DNA from: Convolutriloba macropyga
Lineage: Eukaryota
Assembly (NCBI RefSeq): GCF_964194025.1
Contig: NC_134468.1
Coordinates: 7,192,001 to 7,256,000, forward strand
Direction: 5' to 3'
Length of the DNA stretch: 64,000 nt
Of the stretch, positions 1 through 13,714 are shown piece after piece. A program made the position numbers and the translations under genes. Below the pieces are notes generated by a model. The model was not told the DNA's origin. It saw only the letters and a program-made list of their open reading frames with translations, and ran no database searches. Within the stretch, counting starts at the first letter, position 1, and the number at the start of each line of letters is the position of its first letter.

Positions 1-312
1 TAGCAGCCGCAAACACAATTCCCACGCCGGCGATTGATGCACGCGCCACACCTGAACCAACAACCGCCATTGTTCTGGCACCCGCTAACGAGGTCACCCC
101 AATTTTGGCAACATTTGGCACTGCACAGGCGAAGCCAATTGCGTTGAGGAAACTGAGATCCCAAATAGCCGCAATTGTGTGATCTGTTTTCGCTCTGTTC
201 ATCATTGTAAGTAACTCTTCAGACAAAAAATTGTCTAGCTGAAGACGCATGTTGACGCGTTTCAAATTTCGCTTTCGTGATATGTATTCGACGATATTCG
301 TAGCAAGGGAAC
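1..312 (-). CDS. Mirror copy of ApoL-like exon 4 (runs off the window)
   Basis: Reverse complement of 29591-29902; open frame; SEEL here versus SEQL in the right copy. Confidence 0.8.
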
Positions 313-751
313 CTACAACCATGAATAAAACTATTCAAACCCATCAAAAATCAACTTAATGTCGCGATAAAGGAGTTCATACAGAAGAAAACCTAGAAAA
401 CTGTTCTCACATTGGAAAACTGAACAAATTTCCATTCCGGAAGATCATAAATGCCTCTTTTGCAGATAATTCACATATCAGTGACTTGCTTCGTAAAATC
501 ACAAAAACAATTAGCAAAAATTGGTCATAATGTGACGCAGTACAATAACATCAGTTAAAGCCCCCCCCCTTTATATAAAACGCGGCATTACACGATAAAA
601 GTAAAACAATGTGTTAACAAGGCAGTTGTGCTTGGGGTTGCTTTTTATGTAAACCCATTAAAATGTGGATACAGACGAAAACTTTTGACAAGAAATTCGA
701 ATCACAAATTTGACAGTTAAAGCTTCTCTATAATTTCAACCCAGTACATAC

Positions 752-1014
752 CAACAGCACCGGTTCCCCCCACAGCTGTTCCAGACACTATAAGAGGAAC
801 ACCCAAACTAGCTCCAAACCCGGTAATAGTAGCTCCTAAGCCCAAAGTAACAGCCACTCCCCCAATCACACATGCTGACAAACTTCCCACTTGAACCTTT
901 GAACCCTTGAGTTCAACACTATCCACCAGAGTTGCAATGTCTCTCAATATTCTGATCGTGGTCCAACGACATTCCAATGAACAAGAAAGATTCGTTTTGA
1001 AGTTTCCCCGATTT
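752..1014 (-). CDS. Mirror copy of ApoL-like exon 3
   Basis: Translation matches the right-arm exon; splice sites intact. Confidence 0.8.
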
Positions 1015-4000
1015 CTGAAAAATATTTTATCCGTAGACGACGTGCTAAATGTTTTTTTTCTCTGTATGATATATGGCTGATAGCGAGCGCGATCGAAAAA
1101 TCAAGAAAAAAAAATCAGAAACGTCCCGAAGAATCGGCTTTGCCAAAAAACAAGCCTGTGATAAAACCACTACATACTAAAACCACTCAAGAAAAATTTT
1201 TAAAAAAAGTAAAGTCAATAAATAACAAACGACTAACGTCGGGAGAATTGCTCTCGGACTACTGGTGGGAGCTCTAACCTATTGCAGTCTCCTTCAGTCA
1301 GGGGGGGGGGGGTAACAACAATCACAAAGTGAGCTTCAAATGACGTCATTAGAGTTTAATAAATAATATACCAATTTAACCCCCCATAAAAATTTAAGGA
1401 AAAAACTGAAACCAATTTTGGCGCACTTGTAAACCGACCTTCACTTTTAGTAGTGAACTGCCGCCCCTTGATATCAGCTCCTTAAATTTGTGAAGAAAAA
1501 CTTAGATCACGCAAAACGAAAGTCATGGGCGCAAAGGTCACTCGTAAAGTCAAATCCCTCAAGCAAAAGTCTTACATTAAAAAGACCAACACTTTCACAA
1601 TAATTGTTTCAAAATTCGTCCAAGAGCAATTAAAACTATGTAGCCTAAAAAACCAACAAAACTAAAAAAAACTCAATTAATTCCTCGTAAAATATAAGTG
1701 CACATAAAACGAAAATCTTTCGTTAAACACGTGAAGATCACAAAAAATGCTCACATAGCAATAGGAAAGTCATACGCTCAAATACATAATCTAAATTTTA
1801 AAATTCCATTTCTGTTTTTTTTTAATTTCTCAGCCAAAAGAAAGTTTTACAACATTGAAATTGAAATAAATTGACACCTAAAAATTCTTTTGAGCATTAG
1901 GCGTCTATTCAATCCGCAATGAATGCAGTGAAACAAAACAGTAGCAAAAAAATGCTGAAGTCGCCTAAGAAACCACTAAATTATCATTAAACCAAAAAAA
2001 GTAAAAACTTAGACTAATAACTAAAAAAAACATTAATACACTATCAAAACAACCTTTTAAATCATTAACATAGCATATTCAAACCTTTAATCAAGAAAAA
2101 ATAGTGAACAAAAAAAGCCGCATGTGAACAAGAAAATGCCTTCGCGTAAATTTTTTTCACTCATTAATTTCCCGCTCTCCGGAAAGCATAATCATGAATC
2201 ACTCATTCTGCTCCACTCCTCTCATTTTGTTCAAAACTTCAAGTCGCAACATTTGAATTTCAAGTTATTAGGTCATAATTGTTCCAATTCCAATTTTGGG
2301 GGTAGAAATTTATGCCAGGCGAACTTTTTTTGTTACAACCTATAGTATAAGGCTAATTTTTATCTTTTGCGTAAAGAATTGAAAAGCCCATAAAAACTGA
2401 TTTTTTATTTAACAGCAAATTATTAATTTATGAGTGTTTACGTGGGCACGTTTGCATGTGAACGCATGTATGTCTCTCTGCACGCGTGTGTGAGAACACA
2501 ATTGTGAGTGTTTGTGCACGTGTGCAAGGGTAGGTTCAATTTTTCAGCTTGATTCAATTTTGCAACAGATTTATTGAGTGCAGCACTTATTGTCTATTGT
2601 TTTTGTCCTTAGTTCTGTTTTTGTATTTCCCATGATTTTGAAAATAATTTTTGGTGTTTTAACTGAGGCGTTTAACTTAACTGCAGAGAATAATAATAAA
2701 TCACAATCAATTGAGGGAAGCTTTCAGAAACAATTTTTCCCTGTTTTTCCCATTTTTCAACTTGCAACTGTGTCCTTTTCTAAGCGCTGCATGTTTCAAG
2801 GAAGAGCTATGATGCAATAGATGGAAAAGTTATTCCACCAGCACAAATTAATTACTGATCAGAGCGGAGTTGAGACGAGCGAAACCGAGTTGAACAAAAC
2901 TCTGGAAACATGCGTTTGAGAACGGGCGCAAAAAACAAAAGTTCAGAAAAGCATCAAATACAAAACTTTGTGTAGTGAATCGTAGGGACCTTACAATCAA
3001 TTACAGAGCTGGAGAAGCAATTGAGATCATATTCATAAGAGGAAATTTTGCAGTCTGGGTCGAGTTTTTGAAATCGATATTTCCAACATAAAACTGACTA
3101 ACGTCGGACAATTTGCTCTCGAACGACATTGCTCTCGAACTTGCTCTCTAAATCGCGGGGCCATTTAATTTAGAGGTGGCTGTAGCCCAGATAATTTTTT
3201 ATGGGTGAAAAAAAAACGCTCAAGGAGAGGTTCGCACACTCGTCCTCCATCGTAATACAATGAAGCATTACAAATCGCCTGTCACTGCCTTGTGCATGCT
3301 TTCTAATCTCTTGTTTTTTTAAAATAAAATCAATTTAAATCACTCAAAAATCAAGAAGTTCAGCACGAAAAATTTCCTATGAAATGAAATCGTAAGAATG
3401 TTCTCGAACAATAAGGCCAGGTAAAAAAATTAAAAAAATCATGTAGTCTTCTCTTTCTGTGCTTGTAGAGCCTGGTAGAGACAGTTTATGTTTTCATATA
3501 GTAATGTCCTTAAAAATGTCCGATGTCATTTCAAAATGACATTTAAAAATGCCATCTGCAGGAAACCTAAGAGAACTTCCAGTGATCACGGATTTGAACA
3601 AACTGTCAAACGAGCAAACCCTTCGAAAAATTTAATCAGCAGAGCGAACTTGAGTTTCGAAAATGTCCACATAGTAAAAAATTTCTTAACATTTCATGTG
3701 AAAATTTTGATCTTTTCTGAACTTTCATAGAGGACGACAAAAATCATCAGGATACCATTCAGAGCAATCTGCTTTAATAATGCTGAGGACACTTCAGGTC
3801 AGCTTAGTTGTAGCTCCTACACTATTGTCTTCGTTGGCTTGATGTCGTGCGGAAGAAACTATTGACGTTGTTCAAGAGTTTTTGATGACCGAATCGAAAT
3901 TTCCAGAGTCTTACTTTGGTGACATCGAGTTCATACTGTTGTTGCATGATCTAGCATATTGATAGTGTTGTTTTACTTTCCACTGTCATCAGAAACAGGC

Positions 4001-4759
4001 ACCGTGTACTTCAGTACATATAGCAACACGAAAGATCCGTTTATGATGCAAACCACACATCTGATGCATGTTAAGTCCCTATCTACATAAGCCTTTAATT
4101 AGCTCAGCGCTTTTTCAGGTCGGCATTCTTCCTCTTCTGATCGTGGAAACGCTTTTTTGTTTTAAACTCAATTTTTTTGTTTGACATTTCTAGTCAACAT
4201 GAAATTTTTGACTTGATAACTCCAAGATCATTCGCCCAGTCATCTAATTGTCTCTTGTTCAAATGTCACTTTACTCTGGAATTTTGGTTCAATTCCAAAA
4301 TTTTGCAGCTCCACGTCTGGATCTTCAGGGAGAGAGCGTGTTCCCTTCGTTATGTTGGCGAGCACGTTGAAGCCATCCGCTTAGTCGAATGGATGTCAGT
4401 TTGAAGCTTTGGAAAGAAGATCGATCATTTAAATAATATCAACATCAGGGCGCCCAAGACTAACCCCAGCAGGACAAAGCTTGTTACTTGGTTCGCTTCT
4501 GATTCACTGATCCCAAATTTGACGCATTGTTTGTGGTTGGAGGCAAGCTTCTAAACACTATCAGTAACTTGCTACCAGTTTCGGTTCATTGTTGGTTTGA
4601 CTTGTCGTAGGCGTTGTTGTTGATGGGTGACTAGGCTGAAGATTTTTCTTTAGTCCCAGTCGTTAATCTTCACTTATTTCTACAATTATAGCAACGGGAG
4701 AATAACTGCAACGTAGAGATGTTTCGACCGAAAACTTCTCGATCGAAAATAACTCCACA

Positions 4760-5570
4760 TTATATTAAAAATACCATTTTTCAATACAACTGATTCTGAT
4801 TTAAGTTTTTTCAGACGGTTCACGATTCGACAAGTTTTAAACAAAAATTAATTTGCAGCTCTGTCCTTAGCAGTACCTACAACACAAAAGCACAATATCA
4901 ACGACTAATATAGTCACCAATTGGATCAGTCTTCACTTAGTGCGAAACAAAATTCAAACAAAGAAATTTGTTTGCTTTTTCATTCCCTCCTCAACATGAA
5001 AACTCGATGATAGGTCATCCTCGACTTGCATTCACAGATCCTTGACAACTGTACGTCATAGATACTGCCCCATTACATAAAAATTGAGATTGTGTCCTCA
5101 AAATTTGGTGATGCGCTTTTCGTCAATGGCATTTTGTTCATCGCTACGCAATGTTTAGGTGCATTAAGATCGTCTTGAAGTAGAAACACTTTTCACTACC
5201 TCTAAGATTTTGAGTTCATCCTAAAAATTGAATGGATTAGAGAAAATCAGAGAGCATTTGGAAGGTCACGCATTGAGATGCAGAACAACAAAAGACCTAG
5301 AGACCATCCTTGTGGACTCTTTGTCCTCATATACACATTTAAGAATTTTACTGTCGATGCTCAAAAATGCAACAAGCAATAGTTTTCAACTTTGCTTCTG
5401 TCCCCTATTTTGTGAATGGAGGTAACACGTGCGACTTCTAAATTGTCTGGAGTTTTTCAGAGCCTCGCGATATTTTCAGAACAATATGTAGTATATCTAT
5501 AGTATACTCTGGTATATCTTCTTTGGGGAATCTTGTTTGGGTCTAATGAGTCAATTAGACTGTTTTTTTT
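4760..5570 (-). mobile_element. Mirror copy of the CR1/L2-like LINE fragment
   Basis: Reverse complement of 24190-25000. Confidence 0.75.
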
Positions 5571-5718
5571 TGGTTTGAACAAAATTACAAAACTTAGACC
5601 AAGTTCTTTTACTTCCACAATTGATGTCGCAATGACATGCAAAAGACATTGAATAATTTCTTTAAACTTAATTCGAGTGAAATTAACCACTCGCCACAAA
5701 CATTAAGCAGCCACTAAC

Positions 5719-6080
5719 TTTTTAAAATGAGGGAACCGCAGCAGCTCCTCGTACAGCACAAGGTCGATTTTGTTCAAGTCACATTCTTCTAATGCAGGCA
5801 ACACTGAAAGCGGTCTTGAATCTGCTTTTCTATCAAACGGGCAGATCACGCCTCCATGTCTAAAGCGATCAAATTTAATGGAAATTTTAACTAGTTTTAC
5901 GAATTCAAATTTATCAACAACATACCTCTGAATTAAAACTTCTAAGCAATTCAAGCAGAAAAAATGACCACAATGAAGGCACAGTAAGTTATAGGAGGCA
6001 AAGCAAATAGGGCAGACCAATTCATCAACTTGGAGTCGCTGATTCTTAGCAGTTTTATCTCGACCATATCTGTTGCCCAT
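5719..6080 (-). CDS. Mirror copy of the RING exons (6080-5926, 5859-5719)
   Basis: Reverse complement of 23680-24041 with intact frame and splice sites; KADSRP here versus KAEPRP in the right copy. Confidence 0.85.
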
Positions 6081-6689
6081 TCTTCTGCCTTATCATGCTG
6101 ACCTTATACATGCGGTTATTAAACTGCTTTCATGAACGAAGAACTGAGCAGCCATCTATGATTCACTGAAAGGATGATTCTCTAGATCAAAGCTAAACAA
6201 TAAAAATACATGATCCCCAAGGAAAAGCTCAAATGAGTAAAAAATCGGAAATTCTGGGTATTACTTTTACCCACAGGTGGTCACACTCTCCATTGTTTAA
6301 TCAATTTTTAGAGGTTTTTCGACATGTTCAACGTCAGTGCGTATTTATTCCTGCATTTTTAACGTCAGTGCATTTACTGGGCTCAGAAAGTACTGCGAAA
6401 ACAGCTTGGTTAACGTTAATGTGCACAGTTTTTCATCAGCTTTAAGATCTCAAATGTAAATTTACACCCCTGTTACAATATATGTCCCTCCGATAGCCAT
6501 ATCCACCCAATTATGATATATGAAGCTCCTTGTGGCTGGGGTAAGGTAGATTATTAAATTAAAAAACCTCAACCCAGTGACGTGAAGCCAACTATTATGT
6601 TTAAGTAAACCAAATGAGTAGTCAGCGTCAGAAACAAAATAAAAATGTAAAGGAAACCAATTTGTCAAACTTAAATTTACTTCCAATAT

Positions 6690-7945
6690 TTAAAACAAAC
6701 GTTTTCGAACTTTACGTTCATCGTCAGGTTAAAACTGTTTTACAAATTGGTAAAAGATAAAATGAATATGTATTTACATTTGTCTGAGACGACAATTAAA
6801 ACAATTCTAGGAACTATTCTACAAAATCAATCAAAAATTTTTCCGTATATACAATATTTAGCCTTTTTACATTTCATATTTACATCTGTAATCAATTTAT
6901 TTAAAAACATTCCTATTCCGGATTTTTCGATTTTGGCCACGTTCTTGTATTTTTAGGGTTATTCCGAATTTGCCCTAATCATAAGTATCCCTCGTGTGGA
7001 GGTTTTGCAAATTTCGTTTTGTCATGCACAAAATGTTTTTTGCCCTATGTATTCTCATTTAGTCAAAATTATGATTTGAACTAACATTTTAGCGTGAGTT
7101 CCCTCCCCCTATATTCATCGCGTGTGTTTAGTGCCGGCTTCAGCTTGCTGATATATATAGCTTCGATAATCATTAGTTTTTCTACTGTCCGACAGGCATC
7201 CAGAATTTTCAATGACATTCGTAGCGCCACGACATTCAACCGGATGTTGACCCACCTGTGCATCCTTCTTTTGATTTTCTGTTATCCTTGTGGTAACATG
7301 CCGGCTTGGTTGCCCAACATAGATGGATCCGCATCCATTACATTTAATCTCATATACCACGTGGGATTTCAGGTCTCTATCGAAAGATGATTTCAGGGTG
7401 GGGAGGCACGATCTTAATTTCCGCGTTGTAAAAACTACTTGCAATTCGTATAGTTTCTTCAGTTTGCTTGCAAAGTTTTGAGTAAGGTTGCCTCTGTATT
7501 GTAGAAAAATAGTTGGCTTATCAACAGGTTTAGTCTTTCTTTTTTGATGCTCTTTTGGCGTTGTTCTTAATTGGTCTTTACCGCCACTTATTATCTTTTC
7601 TAGAGTCTGATTCACTATTTTTGAAGACCATTCCTCTGGATGTTGATATTGGGTCCAGCAAGTTTTGTTCTTTTCAAGAGCGTGATCGAAGGCCAACCAA
7701 TTAGAGGTTGCATTAAAAACCCTGTGAACCGCCCCTTGAATCACATTTTTCTTATGCTGAAGCGGTGCACAGCTGCGAAAATTCAGTATTTTTCCAGTGT
7801 CAGCTGGTTTTTGATACCAATGACAGGTGATATTATTTTTGCTGCTCACATTTACGTTAATGTCAAGAAAAGCCAAATCCCCATCCATGTTCAGTTTTTC
7901 TAAGGTAAACTGCAGGTTGTTATGTAATGAGTTTGCAAATTTTAA
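6690..7945 (-). mobile_element. Penelope-like retroelement, 3' part (RT C-terminus + GIY-YIG endonuclease, frameshifted) with 3' pseudo-LTR region
   Basis: LQFTLE..LAFLDI..WYQKP..LNF (RT thumb); VVYEIKCNGCGSIYVGQ..R..E and EAIYISKLKPALN (GIY-YIG). Boundaries approximate. Confidence 0.9.
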
Positions 7946-8423
7946 AATAAATATGACTCAGGAAATAAATATGACTTATGGATAAAAAATATATATGACT
8001 CAGGAAAAAGCATAAGCAGAACACAGAAAGATTCCGATGCACGAGTTAGAAGACAGAAAGAATGATGAACAATGACAAAAATAAAATGGTAAATTAAGAA
8101 ATTCGCCTCCCCAACACTGGGTGATTATTGGCTGGTCCGGGGGCCTCCCAGCACTACCTTTTCATAGAGCATTTTGTATGGTTAAAATCTATCAATAAAG
8201 TGATATTAAAAACATCAGCTGATAAAGTAAAATAAAAGACAGCATTAGAAAGCAAACTAACAGTCTCCCTTCTTCAAACTAATAGTCTCCCTTCTTCAAC
8301 CACAGCTCCCATCGAAGCTTCAACAATTTCGCATCGCCTAAGCGTCCTTGACCCACGAATGCAGAGGATGGAACTCCTCAGGAGAGCAAAGCTGATTTTT
8401 GTTCTTAGATATGATAGTTTGAG
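7946..8423 (-). mobile_element. 3' end of a CRE-like (RLE-type) non-LTR retrotransposon
   Basis: The minus strand of 8274-8423 reads YLRTKISFALLRSSILCIRGSRTLRR..EEGRLLV*, a C-terminal motif typical of animal CRE-clade elements. It is followed by a 3' UTR with short tandem repeats (ttcctgagtcatat). Confidence 0.7.
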
Positions 8424-11400
8424 TGTCACGCGTATATAAAAAAGATGTACTAAAAACCTTGGGTTTCAAATATAAAGATTTAATTTAAGACGTGACTTAT
8501 TACCTGATTGATGGCTGACAAATATTTGATAGCTGTCGGAAAAGAAAATAAACATTTGATTAGAAAAAGCATGGTTAATTTACCACGATGATAGAACTGA
8601 TATTGGGTGCCGACCAAAGCGAGGATTAACGTCATTCATTGAACATCAAAACCACTATCAGAGCTAACCACTCTAATAATTCATATTTTATTTAAATCAA
8701 ATTTTCTTCACATTGATCTACTTAATAATTTAACTTCCTACTTTGCACTTTAAACAAGTACCACGCTCAATTAGCCAAAGTCATAGAGTATTGCGCACGT
8801 GCAGCTACTATAGTGGCGACAGAGGTTAAAAGTAAATAGGAAACCACCACCCAATAATATTGAGCGTCGTTCAGATTTCTAAAAGAAATCTATTTTTTGT
8901 TTGCCGTCCAAAACCAACTTTTGACACGAGTCTGCCGTCTTAACATCACAACCCGAAAGAGGAATTTCGAACTGGTGTCGGGATTCGACGGGAACACTGC
9001 CATCTCGGAACTTTCAATTGAGAACTCCCTAAATTTTCGAGTAGTAGAAATCGGGTCGTATATCGTTTTTCGATAATAAACTAGGGTTCAAAATCAAGCG
9101 TATTTAAATTCGAAAAAATTTGACTTACAAATATACCAATGAACCTCGAGTTTTTTGTTTTGTTTTAAAGAAATACAGTGTCAATAAGATTTAGGGGCTG
9201 CTGTGTTAGAGAATCAAAAAAGTAGGTCGGGTTTTGAACTAATATTTTGAAATATGTTGAATAACAGCAACTTTTTCATAATACACGGATGGCGCGCCAC
9301 TCTTCAAAAACGCTTTTACTAGAGCCTCTTAAGGGTTCAATTGATTTGGATAGGTATGTTGCAGTTTTTGAGTTTTTGTCACAACTTCAGAAGTGGCAAA
9401 AAAAACATTAAGTGAAATTGATGAGCGGCCGATTATTTTGCGTTAAGGCCACAAAAGTTGACTATTGATTTCTATCGTACACTTTGGGAGGACACTAGAA
9501 AGAGCTAGAAAATAAAAAATATAGAGAACGCCTTCTTCATCTTGCATGGAATACTTATTTATTTTTGACTGTATCTTAAACCCCATTAAAAACGAACTCC
9601 TTTGCAGGAAAATTGGTAAAAGATTACGACTGTCCCCATCACAACGAAAAAATAAGAATTTGTTTTCAATTGTTGCAGAGGATCACGATTTACCTCGTCG
9701 CTTCAAAGGTTTCATCAAAGGCAAAATCATCAATGAAGAAGGTAACAAAATACAACAAATAGAAATTATAGTCCAGCCAATTAAAGAGTTTGAAGACAAG
9801 TCACTTATATTGATAACGAGATTGCTAAGTTACATGATTGATGATGTCGTGTGGGTTTGTGTTCCAAACTCTATATTAAAAAAATTAGATAAATGCTACA
9901 ATCGAATGTAAGGAAAACATTGAAAAAACTTAAAGAATACTTGAAACCCCCCCCCCCCCAAATCGAAAAGATACAGATGAATTTGAACTTGAAAAGCATG
10001 TGAACGCAAGTTCAATCAGTTTGTCTTGTGAGGAAATGTCAAAAATGAGGTCATTTTGCGCAAATTATGAAATAATATTTTGGCGAAGTTCTTATGATAC
10101 GGGATTTTGCGACTGAATTATCATAAAACAAAACTAAAAAAGGATGCTATGCCATTCAGTCGTACATAAAGCAGCTTGAGTCTCGAAAAAAAAGCCATTG
10201 AAAGAGTTGTTGAAGACTTGGAACGAGAGGACTTAGTTAAAACAACACATTCCGATTGGGCAGCGTCCTATTTCTTGTACCTACCAAAAAAATGGAACCT
10301 GTCGCTTGGTTTTAGACTACCTTGTTCTGAACAAACAAATCGAGAAAACATTCTGGCATTTACCACGAAGTAAGGAGGTTATTGATTCCTTGGAGAGAAA
10401 CATGTACTTCTTGAACATTGAACTATTGTCCAGATACTTTCAGAAGGCGCTCGAGGAAGAGAGTCAGAATTTAACAACTTTCAAAACGCCTCTGGGCCTG
10501 TATATGTGGATAAAACTTCCTATCGGACTGGCGTCTAGACTGGGAGTTTTTTAAAACCTAATGGAGTTACTTTTTGCTGGCCTCTCTTACGAAATGCTCT
10601 AGTGTATCTAGATGACGTTATCGTTTTCGCCAGAAGTTTCGACAAACATCTGAAACGATTAGAACGGGTTTTCCAACGTTTAACGTAGAATGGATTAAAG
10701 AATAATGAAACCAAACGCAATTTTTTTCAAAGCGTGTCAGCTTCTTTGGGCACATTATATTCGAGAGTGGAGTGGAGGTCGACCCCGAGAACTTAAGAGC
10801 GATAGAAAGAATGAAAGAACCATCCTCACTGAGAGACGTCAAGGCCTTTCTAGGCCTTGTGGGCTATATCGAAAAATTATTCAGGGTTTCGGAAAACAGC
10901 AGGACCTATTTACAGGTTACTGAATGAGTCAATTAAACTTAAATGGAACACAGAATGCAAAAGTGTGGCAACCGAGCTAAAGAAGGTTTTTATTTGTTAT
11001 TTAAAGAAGGGAATTCTTTGCACTCGGCCCTTTACGCAAAATTTAAAAACTATTTACTTGGCCAGCTAGTTTCAATTATAACGGACTAACGGGCTTTTGT
11101 CTGGATCTATAATTTTAAAGAATCAGTCGGTATGGTTAGAAGATGTATAGAGAAACTGGGGCAATTTAGTTCTGAAATCAAGCACAGAGCAGGCAAAAAA
11201 GTCCCACACGCTAACTGTCTGTCGCGGATAAATACAGAAGTTGATTAGCAGACAGATTTTGTTAACCCGATTACGAAAGTCGCAGAGCAAGACAAAACCG
11301 ACTATGATAGTCGAATTTGAAAATTGAAAACTGTACTCATGGGTACTAAACAAAAAAAGACCGGAGCCATGGCAGATGAAAAATGGAGCATCAAAGGAGT

Positions 11401-13708
11401 TATGGAAATACGAGGTTCAGTACACAAATCTTTGTCTCAAAGAATTGATTTTGTTTCGAAAACACCAAACAGAACCCAACTTTGGGACTGTTTACCAAAT
11501 GCTTGTATCATGGGAAATAGTGTCCAACGTGCTTCAGCTGTTGCATGACTCTCCTAGCGCAGGTCACTTTGGAATTGAGAAAACATACCGAAGGGCTTCT
11601 GAAAGATTTTTTTGGCCGTGAATGAGATGGGACGCAAGGAACTGGACAGAAAGCTGTGACGTGTGCTTAAAAAGAAAATGCACTAAACAGAAACATCGGC
11701 TTTCACTCGCAAAAAAAAACCTAGTCATTCTTTTTGGCAAGTATTTTTTGATATCATGTGTTCACTTCCCGATTATCAGGGAAACAAGTACGTTTTGCTA
11801 ATTGTTAATTAATTCAGTGACTGGTACGAAAACGTAGCATTAGTCAAACAAAAGCCAAAAACTGTGTCAAGAGCGTTTGTTGAACACTGGATAGTGAGTT
11901 TCGGCTTTCCAGTCAAACTACACAGTGATCGAAGTTCGAAGTTTTTGTGGAAATGATTTCGCAGTCTTTGCAGTGAACGAGGAATTTAGAGGACATCAAC
12001 AACATCCTAAAGCCCACAAGAGTACGCAATGATGGATAGAAAAATCTAACAATAGTAGAACGTCTCTCTAAATTTATAGGCCAATATTCGCCTGAGCCGA
12101 CCAAAATTTCTACCCTTAGCGATGATGACCTATCGATCATCAATCCATAGTGTAACAAGTTACAGCCCAGCATATGTGGTTCTGGGCTCTCCACTGTCGC
12201 TACCTATAAACTGCATGTATTACACACCACAGACCGCAATATATGCAACACCAAGTGATTATGTTTTCACAATGAGTCAGAAACTACAGTAAACGCACCA
12301 GTTAATGCTAGAGTTTTTGGATACCGAACAAGAACGCCAGAAAAATGTTTATGATTGTAGTAAGTATGGACCTAGCTATAAAGTGGGAGAAGACATGTCA
12401 GTTTTCAACACAACATTAATAATAAAGAGAAACAAGAAAATTTACTTCTCTCTATTTAGGATGATACACAAAATTTGATTTTATAAACTATTTGAATTTC
12501 AAGGTAGAAGAAAAGAAGACGAAGAAAGCTATTAAGGTCCATTATGACCGACTGAAAAAATATAAAACACGAGAACAGCCATTCACGCTTGAGCTTAAGT
12601 CGAAACGAAAAACAAAAGTTAAGGAAGAGAAGACTACTCATTTCAACACTTCAGACGATGATGACATAATCGAAATAAAATCATCCACAGTCGGTGAAAG
12701 TAATTTAGCACAAAAAATCAATTTAAAGCTGAGGATGTTAACGATTCACTAAATGAAACAAAAGACACGTCTGAGAATGAAGCTAAAGAATAAGGGCAAG
12801 AAACATCTAAAGGGCAAGAAAATAGAGACTAATTCAAAAACTACAGAATACAGTGGAAAAAAAGCAGCAGAAAAGAAATTTCCAAAACCAGAAAAAAGGC
12901 ACATGAAGCTAGTAGTGAAACAAAAAGTACTACAGAAAAGATTAACAGTGATCCCAAGGCACCAAAAATGGCAAAAGTCTAGCAGCCGATTAAAATCGGT
13001 TCCTGAGAAATTGAAGAATTACTTTACTGAGCAAGATGAAGAGCAATTTAGCAGTCAGGAAACTGATAATGTTTTTGTTTGAGGAAAATTCGGAAAGAAA
13101 GAATGTAATCAAAAAGAAAGGCAAATTTGTCCGGAGCGTCGTGTGATGGAGTATCACTATGTTTGCATCTGGCATTGCTAGCCATTTTTGCTCGTCCTTC
13201 ACCTTGTATCAAGTTATGCAGGTATCATTTTGACAATATCGTATCAGCAAAGATCTATTCGCTAGATCACAGTAGAAACTGTGATAACACACTTCGAGTA
13301 TCGAGAACAATAGAAAAAGGTAGTTTGATATATGCTGAGGTTCAAACTGAGATAAAACTAAAATCTTGCATTTATGAAGAGGCATTTACAGTGTCTGCAC
13401 TTAAAAAAACAACGTATATGACGATGTAAAATTTTTCTCATAGAAAATTCAAGATTACTAAACAGGTTTTGGAGATAGGACTTTTAATGTCAACAGGTCA
13501 GTATGTGAAAAAAAATTATGACAGGCCAGCGAAACCACTTATACTGAAGAGCATAGTTAAAGCTTCATGGCAGAAAATTGGCGCAAACGCGGTGTGTATG
13601 CGGATCCCGTAGATTGGTTTGCACCTACAACAGAAAAACTTATTGGAAATTTGGTAAATAATGCAAAAATTTAAATCTGAGCAATTTAGGAAAATCTGCT
13701 ATAGGGAA
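8424..13708 (+). mobile_element. Decayed Ty3/gypsy LTR retrotransposon: 5' LTR, PBS, gag remnant, PR-RT-RNaseH-IN, env-like ORF; no 3' LTR
   Basis: Putative LTR starts TGTCACG at 8424; PBS TGGCGACAGAGG at 8814; gag start MARHSS..FEFLSQLQKW at 9289. RT: LDY..LNK, YLDDVIVF, FLGLVGY. Integrase HHCC: LHDSPSAGHFG..CDVC. Domain order RT-RH-IN; many stops and frameshifts. Confidence 0.93.
13127..13708 (+). pseudogene. env-like third ORF of the gypsy element (disrupted; longer mirror copy at 15194-16862, minus strand)
   Basis: Lies downstream of integrase; signal-peptide-like LCLHLALLAIFA followed by a Cys-spaced ectodomain. Confidence 0.55.
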
Positions 13709-13714
13709 ATCTGC

